This document shows positions 18,016 through 26,563 of a stretch of 64,000 nucleotides of DNA, in pieces (within the stretch, counting starts at the first letter, position 1; each line of letters opens with the position of its first letter). The notes below the pieces were generated by a model. The model did not search any database. It was not told the origin of the DNA and worked only from the letters and a program-made list of their open reading frames with translations. This stretch comes from Pyrinomonadaceae bacterium. Lineage in GTDB: Bacteria > Acidobacteriota > Blastocatellia > Pyrinomonadales > Pyrinomonadaceae. The stretch lies in the NCBI GenBank assembly GCA_030841085.1, contig JAVEDP010000007.1, forward strand, positions 15,129 through 79,128. Direction: 5' to 3'. The translations under genes were made by a program, and so were the position numbers.

Positions 18016-19887
18016 CTACAAACGACAGATCAGCAGCTCGCGTTCGTAGATCGTTTCCGGCGGCAGTCGATCGTGTAACTCAATAAACAGCTCTTCGTGT
18101 CCCACCACTTCCTGGCGCCAGGCGTCGCGATCGAATGCCTGCAACTCTTCAAACTTCTCTTTGGGAAACTCCAGCCCGCTCCACTCGATGTCTTCGTAAT
18201 GAGGCACCCAGCCAATAGGAGTTTCGCAAGCGAGCGCGCGTCCGCGTGCGCGATCGACAATCCATTTCAGCACGCGCATGTTCTCGCCAAATCCCGGCCA
18301 CATAAAGTTTCCGTCTTTGTCTTTGCGAAACCAGTTCACATGAAAAATCCGCGGCGTCTCGGTCAGTGAGCGCTGCATGCGGATCCAATGCCGAAAATAA
18401 TCGCCCATGTGATAGCCGCAGAAAGGCAGCATGGCCATTGGGTCGCGACGCACCTTGCCGATGGTGCCCGCAGCGGCAGCGGTCATCTCCGAACCCATGG
18501 TCGCGCCGATGTAAACTCCCGAGCTCCAATTGAACGACTGATAGACGAGCGGCATCGTCGTCGCCCGCCGTCCGCCAAAAATGATCGCGCTGATCGGCAC
18601 ACCGCTGGGATTTTCCCAATCCGGATCGATCGTCGGGCACTGCGAAGCGGGAGCAGTAAAGCGAGCATTTGGATGCGCCGCTTTCGCGCCTGTCTCTTTC
18701 GCGATTTGAGGCGTCCACTTTTGCCCGCGCCAGTCGAGACATTCCGCAGGTGGCTCGTCGGTCATGCCTTCCCACCAGACGCCGCCTTCCGGCGTCAGCG
18801 CGACGTTGGTGAAAATAGAATTCGTCGCCAGCGTGGCCATGGCGTTGGGATTCGTTTTGACTGACGTGCCGGGCGCTACTCCAAAAAAGCCGGCCTCGGG
18901 ATTGATAGCACGCAAGCGCCCATTCTCGTCAGGTTTGATCCAGGCGATGTCATCGCCGACGGTCCAAACTTTCCAGCCTTCGAAACCTGCGGGCGGAATG
19001 AGCATCGCGAAATTTGTTTTGCCGCAAGCGCTGGGAAACGCGGCGGTCACGTAAGTCTTTTCACCTTGCGGATTCTCAACGCCGACGATCAGCATGTGTT
19101 CGGCCAGCCAGCCTTCATCGCGGGCAATGTTGGAAGCGATGCGCAGCGCGAAACATTTCTTCCCGAGCAAGGCATTCCCACCATAGCCGGAACCGTACGA
19201 CCAAATCTCGCGCGTCTCGGGAAAGTGAACGATGTACTTCTCTTTGTTGCAGGGCCACGGCACATCCGCCTGCCCGGCTTCAAGCGGCGCGCCAACTGAA
19301 TGCATGCAGGGCACGACGCGTTTGTAGTCCTTATCAATCTCGGCGTAAACCGGCAAACCAATGCGCGCCATGATGCGCATGTTGACCACTACATAAGGAG
19401 AATCAGTAAGCTGAACGCCAATCTGCGACATGGGCGAACCGATTGGTCCCATGCTGAATGGCAGCACGTACATGGTGCGCCCGCGCATTGAACCGTCGAA
19501 AAGTTCTTTCAGCTTCCGGCGCATCTGATACGGCTCTTCCCAATTGTTCGTCGGCCCGGCCGCATCTTTTGAAAGTGAACAAATGAAGGTGCGGTCCTCG
19601 ACACGGGCAACATCGCTCTGGTCCGAACGCGCGTAGTAACAACCGGGCCACAGCTCTTCATTGAGTTTGGTGAATGTGCCGCCGGCCACCATCTGCGCTT
19701 TGAGTGCCTCGTCTTCGTCGCGCGAGCCATCGACCCAGTGAATCGTGTCCGGCTTAGTCAAACCAGCCATCTTATCGACCCAGTTGAGCAGATGAGTGTT
19801 GGTGCTCAACGGCACAGTCGGGTTGCGATTGCTGGACCCACCTTTCTCAGTCGTTGCAGTGCGAATTGAAGTCATGGGCATCTCCAA
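18016..19887 (-). CDS. pckG: Phosphoenolpyruvate carboxykinase (GTP)
   Basis: 623 aa with the GTP-PEPCK kinase-1a loop [13 protein letters not shown]-like and GWEV-type motifs. Length and colinearity are typical. Confidence 0.96.
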   Translation of the reverse strand: MEMPMTSIRTATTEKGGSSNRNPTVPLSTNTHLLNWVDKMAGLTKPDTIHWVDGSRDEDEALKAQMVAGGTFTKLNEELWPGCYYARSDQSDVARVEDRTFICSLSKDAAGPTNNWEEPYQMRRKLKELFDGSMRGRTMYVLPFSMGPIGSPMSQIGVQLTDSPYVVVNMRIMARIGLPVYAEIDKDYKRVVPCMHSVGAPLEAGQADVPWPCNKEKYIVHFPETREIWSYGSGYGGNALLGKKCFALRIASNIARDEGWLAEHMLIVGVENPQGEKTYVTAAFPSACGKTNFAMLIPPAGFEGWKVWTVGDDIAWIKPDENGRLRAINPEAGFFGVAPGTSVKTNPNAMATLATNSIFTNVALTPEGGVWWEGMTDEPPAECLDWRGQKWTPQIAKETGAKAAHPNARFTAPASQCPTIDPDWENPSGVPISAIIFGGRRATTMPLVYQSFNWSSGVYIGATMGSEMTAAAAGTIGKVRRDPMAMLPFCGYHMGDYFRHWIRMQRSLTETPRIFHVNWFRKDKDGNFMWPGFGENMRVLKWIVDRARGRALACETPIGWVPHYEDIEWSGLEFPKEKFEELQAFDRDAWRQEVVGHEELFIELHDRLPPETIYERELLICRL

Positions 19888-19932
19888 AATAATTAAATCA
19901 AAACGGGTGACGGAACATTGCGAGCGGACAAT

Positions 19933-20175
19933 TTAATCGGCTGCGTTTTGAGCAATGCGGCGTTCGTGGGCCAACTCGCGCAGGGCAACTGACAGGTCGC
20001 GAGCCGCGCGTTCGATGCGATCGGCGACAGCTTCGAGCGAATCGACCTCAGCCGATTGGATAGCGACGACCGAGAGCGCCTCCTCGATCAGTTCAATCAC
20101 GCGCGTTGCTTCTGTTTCAGTTTCCTGCTCGCCGCGCGTCAGCGGGCGAACAACAGTCTTTGGTTCCATGCTCAA
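19933..20175 (-). CDS. Hypothetical small helical protein
   Basis: 80-aa acidic, helix-prone ORF 45 nt upstream of pckG on the same strand. I recognise no motif. Confidence 0.35.
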   Translation of the reverse strand: MSMEPKTVVRPLTRGEQETETEATRVIELIEEALSVVAIQSAEVDSLEAVADRIERAARDLSVALRELAHERRIAQNAAD

Positions 20176-20266
20176 TATGAATCGCCCTTAATTAGATTCG
20201 TTAAGCTAAACTCTTACAACACTGAGGCCATTGGAAGCAAGCGGGCCAAGAGTACGGGAAAGATCA

Positions 20267-20914
20267 ATGAACCCAGCGCCAACACGACATGCATTTACCG
20301 CAAAAGAGTGGCAACTTATCCAGTCGCTGAATACACCGGCGCGCGTCCAGCGTTTCTTCAGTTCAATGCCATATAACTGGGAAAAGAACGGCGGCACGAT
20401 GCGGTCCTTTCGCGAAGTTGTAAAGCGCAACGAGGCCCACTGTTTAGAGGCGGCGTTAGCGGCGGCGGTAATTTTGGAGCAACATGGCTATCCGCCCCTG
20501 TTGCTCGATATTGAATCAGTGGATTTGTTGGACCACGTGATTTTTGTTTTTCAGCACGATGGGTTGTGGGGCTCTATCGCCCGTTCACGCGATATTGGAC
20601 TGCACGGGCGCAAGCCGTTGTTCCGGTCGCTGCGCGATTTGACGTGGAGTTATTTCGAACCGTACGTGGATTTCAGCGGCCGCATTAAAGGTTATGGGCT
20701 GGCGAATCTTTACGATTTGGGAAATTATGATTGGCGGTTCTCGGCCAGGAACATGTCGAAGATTGAGGACTATTTGCGCGAGCTGCCGCACAAGAAAATT
20801 CATTCGTCAGATAAGAGATACGAGAAACTGCTGGCGCACTATCATCGCTATAAGAAGCGTTATCCGGAACGCTCGCCGGCGTATTACGAGAACCGCAATC
20901 AGTGGATGAGGTGA
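20267..20914 (+). CDS. Transglutaminase-like (Cys-His-Asp) domain protein, function unknown
   Basis: AHCLEAALAAAVIL (candidate nucleophile Cys) followed by LLDHVIFVF (His/Asp). I chose the ATG at 20267; the ORF track opens at TTG 20231. Confidence 0.55.
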   Translation: MNPAPTRHAFTAKEWQLIQSLNTPARVQRFFSSMPYNWEKNGGTMRSFREVVKRNEAHCLEAALAAAVILEQHGYPPLLLDIESVDLLDHVIFVFQHDGLWGSIARSRDIGLHGRKPLFRSLRDLTWSYFEPYVDFSGRIKGYGLANLYDLGNYDWRFSARNMSKIEDYLRELPHKKIHSSDKRYEKLLAHYHRYKKRYPERSPAYYENRNQWMR

Positions 20915-20915
20915 A

Positions 20916-21030
20916 GCGAGTTTCGAGTTCCGAGTTTCGAGTTTCGAGTTCGGAGAAACCAGGCTGTTTTGCTGCGGAATCGAACTCAAAGCCTAAAAAC
21001 TCGGAACTCGGAACTAGAAAGTCGAAACTA
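20916..21030. repeat. Heptamer-armed hairpin (GTTTCGA-type) between convergent genes
   Basis: The left arm (20916-20953) is a degenerate GAGTTTC array. The right arm (20981-21030) is its complement and includes the stop codon of the reverse-strand gene. Confidence 0.9.
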
Positions 21031-22035
21031 ACTTTCCTTGACTACCAAACCTTCGCGCGAAAATTTCCAGTCAAGAATTTCAGCGCCCTTTTCCGCGCCG
21101 AGCGCGCGCTCGACATCCGCTTTGCGCCCCTCGGCACACAGGAATGCAATGCAGCCGCCCCCGCCGGCGCCGCAAACTTTCGCAGCTTCCGCGCCGTTAG
21201 CCAAAGCCGTCTGGACCAGATGGTCCATCTGCGGCGTCGTCACTCCCGGCGCCAGCCGTTTTCGGTTCGGATAAGCAGCAAGCATGGTCTCGCGCACTTC
21301 ATCCCAATCATCAGCCAGCAGCGCCTGACGCATTCGCAGCGCAGAATCACGTATGGCGTCGAAGATCTCGAAGAGTTCGGCGTCGCCGTCGATATGCTTC
21401 TTGAAAATTTCCCAGTTGTTCGTTCCTGACAGTCGCGGCTCTCCGGTGTAGCAGATGGCAATACGGTCCTGGATTTTCTTTTCGTCAACTTCCAGTTTTT
21501 CACGCTCGATGCCATCCGCGCGGAAGTGCACACATGAAGTCGAGCCAAACTGGGCCGAGTAGTAATCCTGAAAACCAGCAGGAACGCGAATCACAGTCGT
21601 CTCGATATTCGCGGCGATAGAAATGAACTTCCGCGCTTGATAACGATCTCCGACGAGCCGGTTCAGCGCGCCAATGCAGGCGATTGCCAGCGCCGACGAA
21701 CCGGCCAGACCAGCCCCCGCAGGCGCTTCGCTGTTGGCGATCAGATGGAAACCAGTGGTTGGTTTGAAGAAATGGACCAGCTTGGAAATTAATTCCAGAC
21801 GCTCCTCGCGCGCCAGGTCTTCGATTGCCGCGAGATTAGTTTCAAACGCCATCTTTCGGTCGCGCGACTCGAGCACAATCTGGCCCTCATCGCGCGTCTC
21901 TATCGAGCAATGAGCACGCAGGGAAGTAGCGAAGTTGACCGTGGCCGCGCCGGGGTGAAAGAGATAGATGGGCCAGATGTCGATGGTGCCGCCGGCAAGA
22001 TCGACGCGAGTTGGGGCGGATGACTCAATTAGCAC
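21028..22035 (-). CDS. GHMP-family sugar kinase
   Basis: GHMP motif 2 (PAGAGLAGSSALAIA) and motif 3 (KVCGAGGGGC). GTG start. Confidence 0.85.
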   Translation of the reverse strand: MLIESSAPTRVDLAGGTIDIWPIYLFHPGAATVNFATSLRAHCSIETRDEGQIVLESRDRKMAFETNLAAIEDLAREERLELISKLVHFFKPTTGFHLIANSEAPAGAGLAGSSALAIACIGALNRLVGDRYQARKFISIAANIETTVIRVPAGFQDYYSAQFGSTSCVHFRADGIEREKLEVDEKKIQDRIAICYTGEPRLSGTNNWEIFKKHIDGDAELFEIFDAIRDSALRMRQALLADDWDEVRETMLAAYPNRKRLAPGVTTPQMDHLVQTALANGAEAAKVCGAGGGGCIAFLCAEGRKADVERALGAEKGAEILDWKFSREGLVVKES

Positions 22036-22077
22036 GTTTTATCTTAGTTGTCCTTAAAGAAGTTGTTAAGACCCACG

Positions 22078-22220
22078 ATTTGCCATTTACCATTTTCCAT
22101 TTCTCATTTGTCATTGCAACCGCCGCAAGCGGCTCGGTTATGGCAGCGAGTTGAGAAAAAAAAAGCGACCTCTAATGAATTTGGATTCCAAGGGAAAATG
22201 GTAAATGGGAAATCTCAAAT
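22078..22220. repeat. Heptamer-armed hairpin (CCATTTG-type), copy 1
   Basis: The left arm (22078-22115) is a degenerate CCATTT(N) array and the right arm (22192-22220) is its complement. The loop holds a small GC hairpin and an A9 run. Confidence 0.85.
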
Positions 22221-22237
22221 TCTTTGGCCAGTCGGAA

Positions 22238-22969
22238 TTACTTCGGTTCACCGTCTTTGGCCGCCGCCCGCTTTTTTTCTTCAGCCTGCCGCGACTGTTT
22301 GAATGGAATGTGCTCCTGAAACTCCTGCTTCAGACCTTGCAGTTTTTCCTGCGCGGCTTGTTCCAGTTCCTGCAGACGTTCAGGATCCGCTTCTTCCACT
22401 TTTGGCGATAACCAAAAGCGCTCGGCCAAATAAAATCCGGCAATGCCGACCACCACAATTACCAGCAGAACTTTTCCGAGGCGTTGAAAGTCACCGATGA
22501 CGCTGATTACCGCACCACTAAAAAAATAACCAGCGCCGCTGAGAACCAATACCCACGCAAAACAGCTGGCCGCTGACAGTACCACAAATCGCAGGTAGGG
22601 CATGCGACCAACGCCGTGAAATATGCACGAAGCCCAGCGCAGTCCGTAAATGTATTTCGAAAGAAAGATCGAGAGTCCGCCGAAGTTGTTTGTCAGGCGT
22701 TCCATGCGCGGCTTGGCGGCGCGATAGAACCGCAGATCGCGAACACCTTTGCGAAACTCGCGGCCTGTCAAGTATGCAATGTTATCGCTGACCGTACCGC
22801 CGAGCGTGCCCGCCAGCAGTACCGAAGCAAAACTGTGATCGCCGAAAAAATAACTGTGGGCCAGGACACCGGCAAGCAGGAGCGTAAGGTCGCCCTCGAT
22901 CATTACCAGAATGAAGACGGCGTAGAGGCCGTAACGACCGATCAAGTCGGTAAGAAAATCGAGGTGCAT
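22238..22969 (-). CDS. DedA-family membrane protein with a charged C-terminal tail
   Basis: SNARE-associated/DedA-like N-terminal 190 aa, then a Lys/Glu/Gln-rich tail. Confidence 0.8.
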   Translation of the reverse strand: MHLDFLTDLIGRYGLYAVFILVMIEGDLTLLLAGVLAHSYFFGDHSFASVLLAGTLGGTVSDNIAYLTGREFRKGVRDLRFYRAAKPRMERLTNNFGGLSIFLSKYIYGLRWASCIFHGVGRMPYLRFVVLSAASCFAWVLVLSGAGYFFSGAVISVIGDFQRLGKVLLVIVVVGIAGFYLAERFWLSPKVEEADPERLQELEQAAQEKLQGLKQEFQEHIPFKQSRQAEEKKRAAAKDGEPK

Positions 22970-22979
22970 GTTTGGAAAA

Positions 22980-23054
22980 GTGAGCAGTGTGTAGTGGGCA
23001 GTGTGCAGTTAAACTGATTCTCTTACTGCACACGGCCCACCGCACACTGCTAAC
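22980..23054. repeat. Heptamer-armed hairpin (GTGCAGT-type), copy 1
   Basis: Arms 22980-23009 and 23025-23054 are complementary with mismatches. The unit family is the same as at 32364-32505. Confidence 0.85.
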
Positions 23055-23067
23055 TACTGACTGCCTT

Positions 23068-23529
23068 TTATGATTCCAACTCTTTCGCCGGCTTTACAAC
23101 CAGCACCGGGCACGGCGCATGGCGCACGATTGCTTCGGCAGTTGAGCCGAAAAGAATTCGCCCCAGGCCGGTGCGTCCATGTGATGAAACAACGATTAAG
23201 TCTACCGATCTTTCTTTTGCAACGCGCACGATCTCGGCAGCAGCTTCGCCGTGCACAATCAACTCCTCCACTGCCAGGCCCGCACATTCTTCACATTCAG
23301 CAAACTTGGGCAGTTCGCGTTCCGCCGAGTCTTCCAGTTGATTGGCAATATCCGCTATCGGCAGCGGTTCCGAGATGCCGGAATAACCGACTGTCGGCAC
23401 CATCGGTTCGATTACATGCACGCAGAGAATCGCAGCGCCAAAGGTGCGAGCCAGCGATGCGGCATAGGACAGCGCAAAGTTTCCGCATTCGCTGAAATCC
23501 GTCGGCAGGAGTATTGAACGGATGTTCAT
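23068..23529 (-). CDS. Universal stress protein (UspA family)
   Basis: 153 aa with the ILLPTDFS start, VDLIVVSSHGRTGL and the G..GS ATP-binding motif. Confidence 0.88.
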   Translation of the reverse strand: MNIRSILLPTDFSECGNFALSYAASLARTFGAAILCVHVIEPMVPTVGYSGISEPLPIADIANQLEDSAERELPKFAECEECAGLAVEELIVHGEAAAEIVRVAKERSVDLIVVSSHGRTGLGRILFGSTAEAIVRHAPCPVLVVKPAKELES

Positions 23530-23530
23530 A

Positions 23531-23615
23531 TTAGGTCTTGGGGCTTAGGTCTTGGGTCTTTGTGCAACTACGGAATCACTCTGCAAAAACTAAAGGCGCA
23601 AGACCAAAGACCAAA
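23531..23615. repeat. Heptamer-armed hairpin (GGTCTTT-type), copy 1
   Basis: The left arm (23531-23565) is a degenerate GGTCTT(N) array. A shorter complementary arm lies at 23596-23615. Confidence 0.8.
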
Positions 23616-23712
23616 TTGAAGTTTGATTTTACACGCACAATCACTCGTTTGACACCCCCGATACCCTCGATTATGCTTCGCTCGTTCCGCTTGCTATTGG
23701 ACCTCGGGAAGT

Positions 23713-24675
23713 TTGCACATGGATACGTCCCCTAAATCAGACATGAACTTTATCGGCATCGAGCTTTGCGGCACGAAACTGCGCGCGGCAACGGTCGACA
23801 ATGATGGCACCATTCGCGAACGCAGCGAAGAGCCACTGGAAGCAGAAAACCTGATTGCCCAGATAGCCCGAGTTGTCAAAACTTTGCAGCAGGGTGCGAA
23901 TAATATAGGCGCGGTCGGGATCGCCATCCCCGGTTTGGTCAATCGCAAAACGGATCGAGTGATAGCCTCGAACTATTTGCCGGGGCCCGTCCGCGAAAAC
24001 CTCCACGAGGAAGCAATGAAGGCAACCGGCCTGCGCGTCGAACTCGAGAATGACGCCAACGCGGCTGCGTATGGCGAGTACAAAATCGGCGCCGGGCGTG
24101 GCAGCAAGGATCTTTTCTACATCACCATTGGCGACGGAATCGGCGGCGCAATAATTCTGGACGGAAAACTTTGGATTGGCGCGTCTGGGTTGGCTGGCGA
24201 AGTGGGCCACATAACGATCGATACGGAAGGCGACGAATGCATCTGCGGCAACACAGGCTGCCTGGAGACTGTCGCTTCCGCTCCGAACATCGTGCGCCGC
24301 GCGAACGAGCGTTTGAATCGCGATTCGACTTCCTCGCTTTCCAAGTTGGCGATGAATAAAGACTTCACCGCCAGCGACATGGCGCGCGAGGCAAAAGAGG
24401 GCGACGACTTTTCGTTAATGATGATTGAACGCACTGGAAAATACATAGGCACCGGAGTCGCCAGCGTTATCAACCTCTTGAATATTGAACGGATTGTGCT
24501 GGGCGGCGGAGTGATGCAGGCGGGCGAGTTGATCCTCAATCCCATTATTCAAGAAGCAAAGCGGCGCGCTTTCCAGCCGTGTTTTGAAGCCACGCAAATT
24601 GTTGTCGCCGCGCTGGGTGAAGATGCCGCCACCATCGGGGTGGCGATGCTGGCGCGCGATGCGGCGGTCACGTAA
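23713..24675 (+). CDS. ROK-family sugar kinase (glucokinase-like)
   Basis: IGIELCGTK ATP motif and the ROK zinc motif CICGNTGCLE. The start may instead be the ATG at 23743 (MNFIGIE). Confidence 0.88.
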   Translation: MHMDTSPKSDMNFIGIELCGTKLRAATVDNDGTIRERSEEPLEAENLIAQIARVVKTLQQGANNIGAVGIAIPGLVNRKTDRVIASNYLPGPVRENLHEEAMKATGLRVELENDANAAAYGEYKIGAGRGSKDLFYITIGDGIGGAIILDGKLWIGASGLAGEVGHITIDTEGDECICGNTGCLETVASAPNIVRRANERLNRDSTSSLSKLAMNKDFTASDMAREAKEGDDFSLMMIERTGKYIGTGVASVINLLNIERIVLGGGVMQAGELILNPIIQEAKRRAFQPCFEATQIVVAALGEDAATIGVAMLARDAAVT

Positions 24676-24793
24676 GTTTCAAGTCTCAAGTTTGAAGTTT
24701 CAAGTTTCGTTCTTCGCGGTTGAAATGTTTCGGTTGAGAGCACAGATCCCCGGACTCTCAAACTTGAACCCTGAAACTTTAAACTTGAAACTC
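24673..24793. repeat. Heptamer-armed hairpin (GTTTCAA-type) between convergent genes
   Basis: The left arm (24673-24709) begins at the ROK stop codon. The right arm (24757-24793) ends on the stop codon of the reverse-strand gene. Confidence 0.9.
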
Positions 24794-25442
24794 ATCGCGC
24801 TTCGCGATGGCGGTCGACCCACCCGGCCCATAAAATCAAAAACGAACTCAACGCCAGCGCTCCAATTCCCAGCAGGCGCACGCTCGGTGGCGTCGAACTG
24901 AAAATGTTCGCAACGTACGCCACGCAGACGGCAATCACGAATGACAGCAAGCCCCACTTGCCAATTCCATCCTTCGGCCGGGTGACGCGCAAGTAAATCC
25001 AGACTCCAATCGCACACATCAATCCCTCGACAATCACCGTAGCGATAATTGAGTTCCACAAGCCCAGCCCAAAACGTGGACCACTCGGATAAAGCGGCAG
25101 GTCCGGCCGGTGGCTGATCCAATCAAGCACCCAGTGACTCACGGTACCCACCCAGATAACGATCGCGCCTCGGCCGTAACGTGCTACGAGGTAATACAAC
25201 AGCGCAAAGAGCGTGGCCCATCCGATCGCCGCCAACAAGCTGTGCGAGATTGGGTAGGAAACAAAATCGAGTGGAGTAAACGCGGTGTTGCCGGGTTGGA
25301 TTCGCACCTGTTCCCAGCCCAGCAGTATGAATATGGGCCACAAGAGATCGAGCAGCGACGCGGCAGCGATCAACGCGCCGAGCGAAGTGCGGGGCGCGAA
25401 ACGCTTCGAAGCCAAAGCAACTGCGTAGTGACCAATGAACAT
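24792..25442 (-). CDS. Integral membrane protein, possibly a YdjM-like metal-dependent hydrolase
   Basis: 216 aa with about 6 TM helices and His/Asp-containing motifs (GHY, SHSLL, HWVLDWISH). The family call is from memory and tentative. Confidence 0.55.
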   Translation of the reverse strand: MFIGHYAVALASKRFAPRTSLGALIAAASLLDLLWPIFILLGWEQVRIQPGNTAFTPLDFVSYPISHSLLAAIGWATLFALLYYLVARYGRGAIVIWVGTVSHWVLDWISHRPDLPLYPSGPRFGLGLWNSIIATVIVEGLMCAIGVWIYLRVTRPKDGIGKWGLLSFVIAVCVAYVANIFSSTPPSVRLLGIGALALSSFLILWAGWVDRHREAR

Positions 25443-25453
25443 CGGGCTACCTC

Positions 25454-25497
25454 AACAAAGTCCGCAGCAAGGTCCGCAACAAGCCCCGCAACAAGGA
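25454..25497. repeat. Tandem 12-mer (CAACAAGGTCCG)x3.5
   Basis: Three and a half direct repeats begin 12 nt upstream of the reverse-strand start codon at 25442. An in-frame stop shows they are not translated. Confidence 0.85.
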
Positions 25498-25784
25498 ATT
25501 CTGCCAAAGATTTAACCGCGACCAGGACGGCTGAGGAATCTACCACACCTTCCTAAACCAGTTGATCTTTTCCATTCGGGACTGAAGTTGAAAAAATTTC
25601 CCCATCTGCTAAAGTACGTGACAACTTTGCAAGGACAATAGTTTAGACCAGACTCTTGCGGACCAGCGCGTCTTCAGAGGTAAGTGCGCACTGATCCGCA
25701 AATTTCGCCGCAGCTTATGCTTTGCTGTATTCCAAGCTGCACGCCGATTTGTAAGCAGTAACGAAGTACTGACAAATTTTCGCG

Positions 25785-26453
25785 ATGCCGCAGATTTTTC
25801 ATCACAGCACCAACGCGCTGGCAAAGCTGACGATCTATGGCGCCGTTTTTATTCTCGTCGCGCTGTTATGGATCGCAGTCGAGCTGAATCGTTCGTCGTG
25901 GAATACGGGGCAATGGGTTGAGCGGCAGCAGCCAGTCCAGTTTAGCCATAAGCATCACGTTGGCGACGATGGTATCGACTGCCGCTACTGCCACACTTCA
26001 GTCGAAACAGCCGCGTCCGCGGGTCTGCCGGCAACCACAACCTGCATGAATTGTCATAAACAGATTTGGGCGGACAGCTCTTATCTCGAGCCGGTTCGCG
26101 AGAGCTTTCGCACGGGCAAGCCAATCGAATGGATTAGAGTGCACGACCTGCCGGACTTCGCTTATTTCAATCACAGCATTCATGTGAACAAGGGCGTTGG
26201 TTGTTCGACCTGTCATGGACAAGTCGATCAAATGCCCATTGCTTACCAGGCGTCGACGCTGCAAATGGAATGGTGTCTGGGTTGTCACCGCAATCCGGAA
26301 AATTTTGTGCGCCCGAAGGAAAAAGTTTTCGATATGCAATTTCGACAGGAAAACAAAACGAACGACGAGATTGCCGAAGGCCGATCGTTGGTAACGAAGT
26401 ATCACATTCAACCGCCGAATGTGTTGACAAGCTGTTCGACGTGTCATCGCTAA
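25785..26453 (+). CDS. actA: Alternative complex III subunit ActA (pentaheme cytochrome c)
   Basis: N-terminal TM helix and five CxxCH motifs (CRYCH, CMNCH, CSTCH, CLGCH, CSTCH). It is the first gene of an actABCDEF-ordered cluster. Confidence 0.92.
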   Translation: MPQIFHHSTNALAKLTIYGAVFILVALLWIAVELNRSSWNTGQWVERQQPVQFSHKHHVGDDGIDCRYCHTSVETAASAGLPATTTCMNCHKQIWADSSYLEPVRESFRTGKPIEWIRVHDLPDFAYFNHSIHVNKGVGCSTCHGQVDQMPIAYQASTLQMEWCLGCHRNPENFVRPKEKVFDMQFRQENKTNDEIAEGRSLVTKYHIQPPNVLTSCSTCHR

Positions 26454-26551
26454 TGGCATGGACTTTAGTCTGTGCCTTGCGAAGACAACACATGGTCTGT
26501 GGTTTTATTAGAAGTATTTGGTTGGTAACAAGCACCGACTAAAGTCTGTGC
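26454..26551. repeat. GGCACAGACTTTAGTCTGTGCC-family element (copy 2), actA-actB gap
   Basis: Mini-palindromes GGCATGGACT-TT-AGTCTGTGCC (26455-26476) and GCACCGACT-AA-AGTCTGTGC (26532-26551). Confidence 0.8.
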
Positions 26552-26563
26552 TACTTAAAAAAG

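Noticed and set aside
18149-18775. Long antisense or alternative-frame ORFs inside well-supported genes (also 15072-15638, 30215-30964, 30995-31561, 37596-38051, 61265-62068, 62144-62716, 44438-45100)
   Set aside because: They lie entirely within genes that have strong motif support on the other strand or frame. They are Arg/Ala/Pro-rich, as expected from high-GC shadow frames, and show no motifs.
22116-22170. GC mini-hairpin plus A9 run in the loop of the 22078-22220 element, considered as an intrinsic terminator
   Set aside because: On the strand of the flanking genes the T-run would precede the hairpin rather than follow it, so the geometry is wrong.
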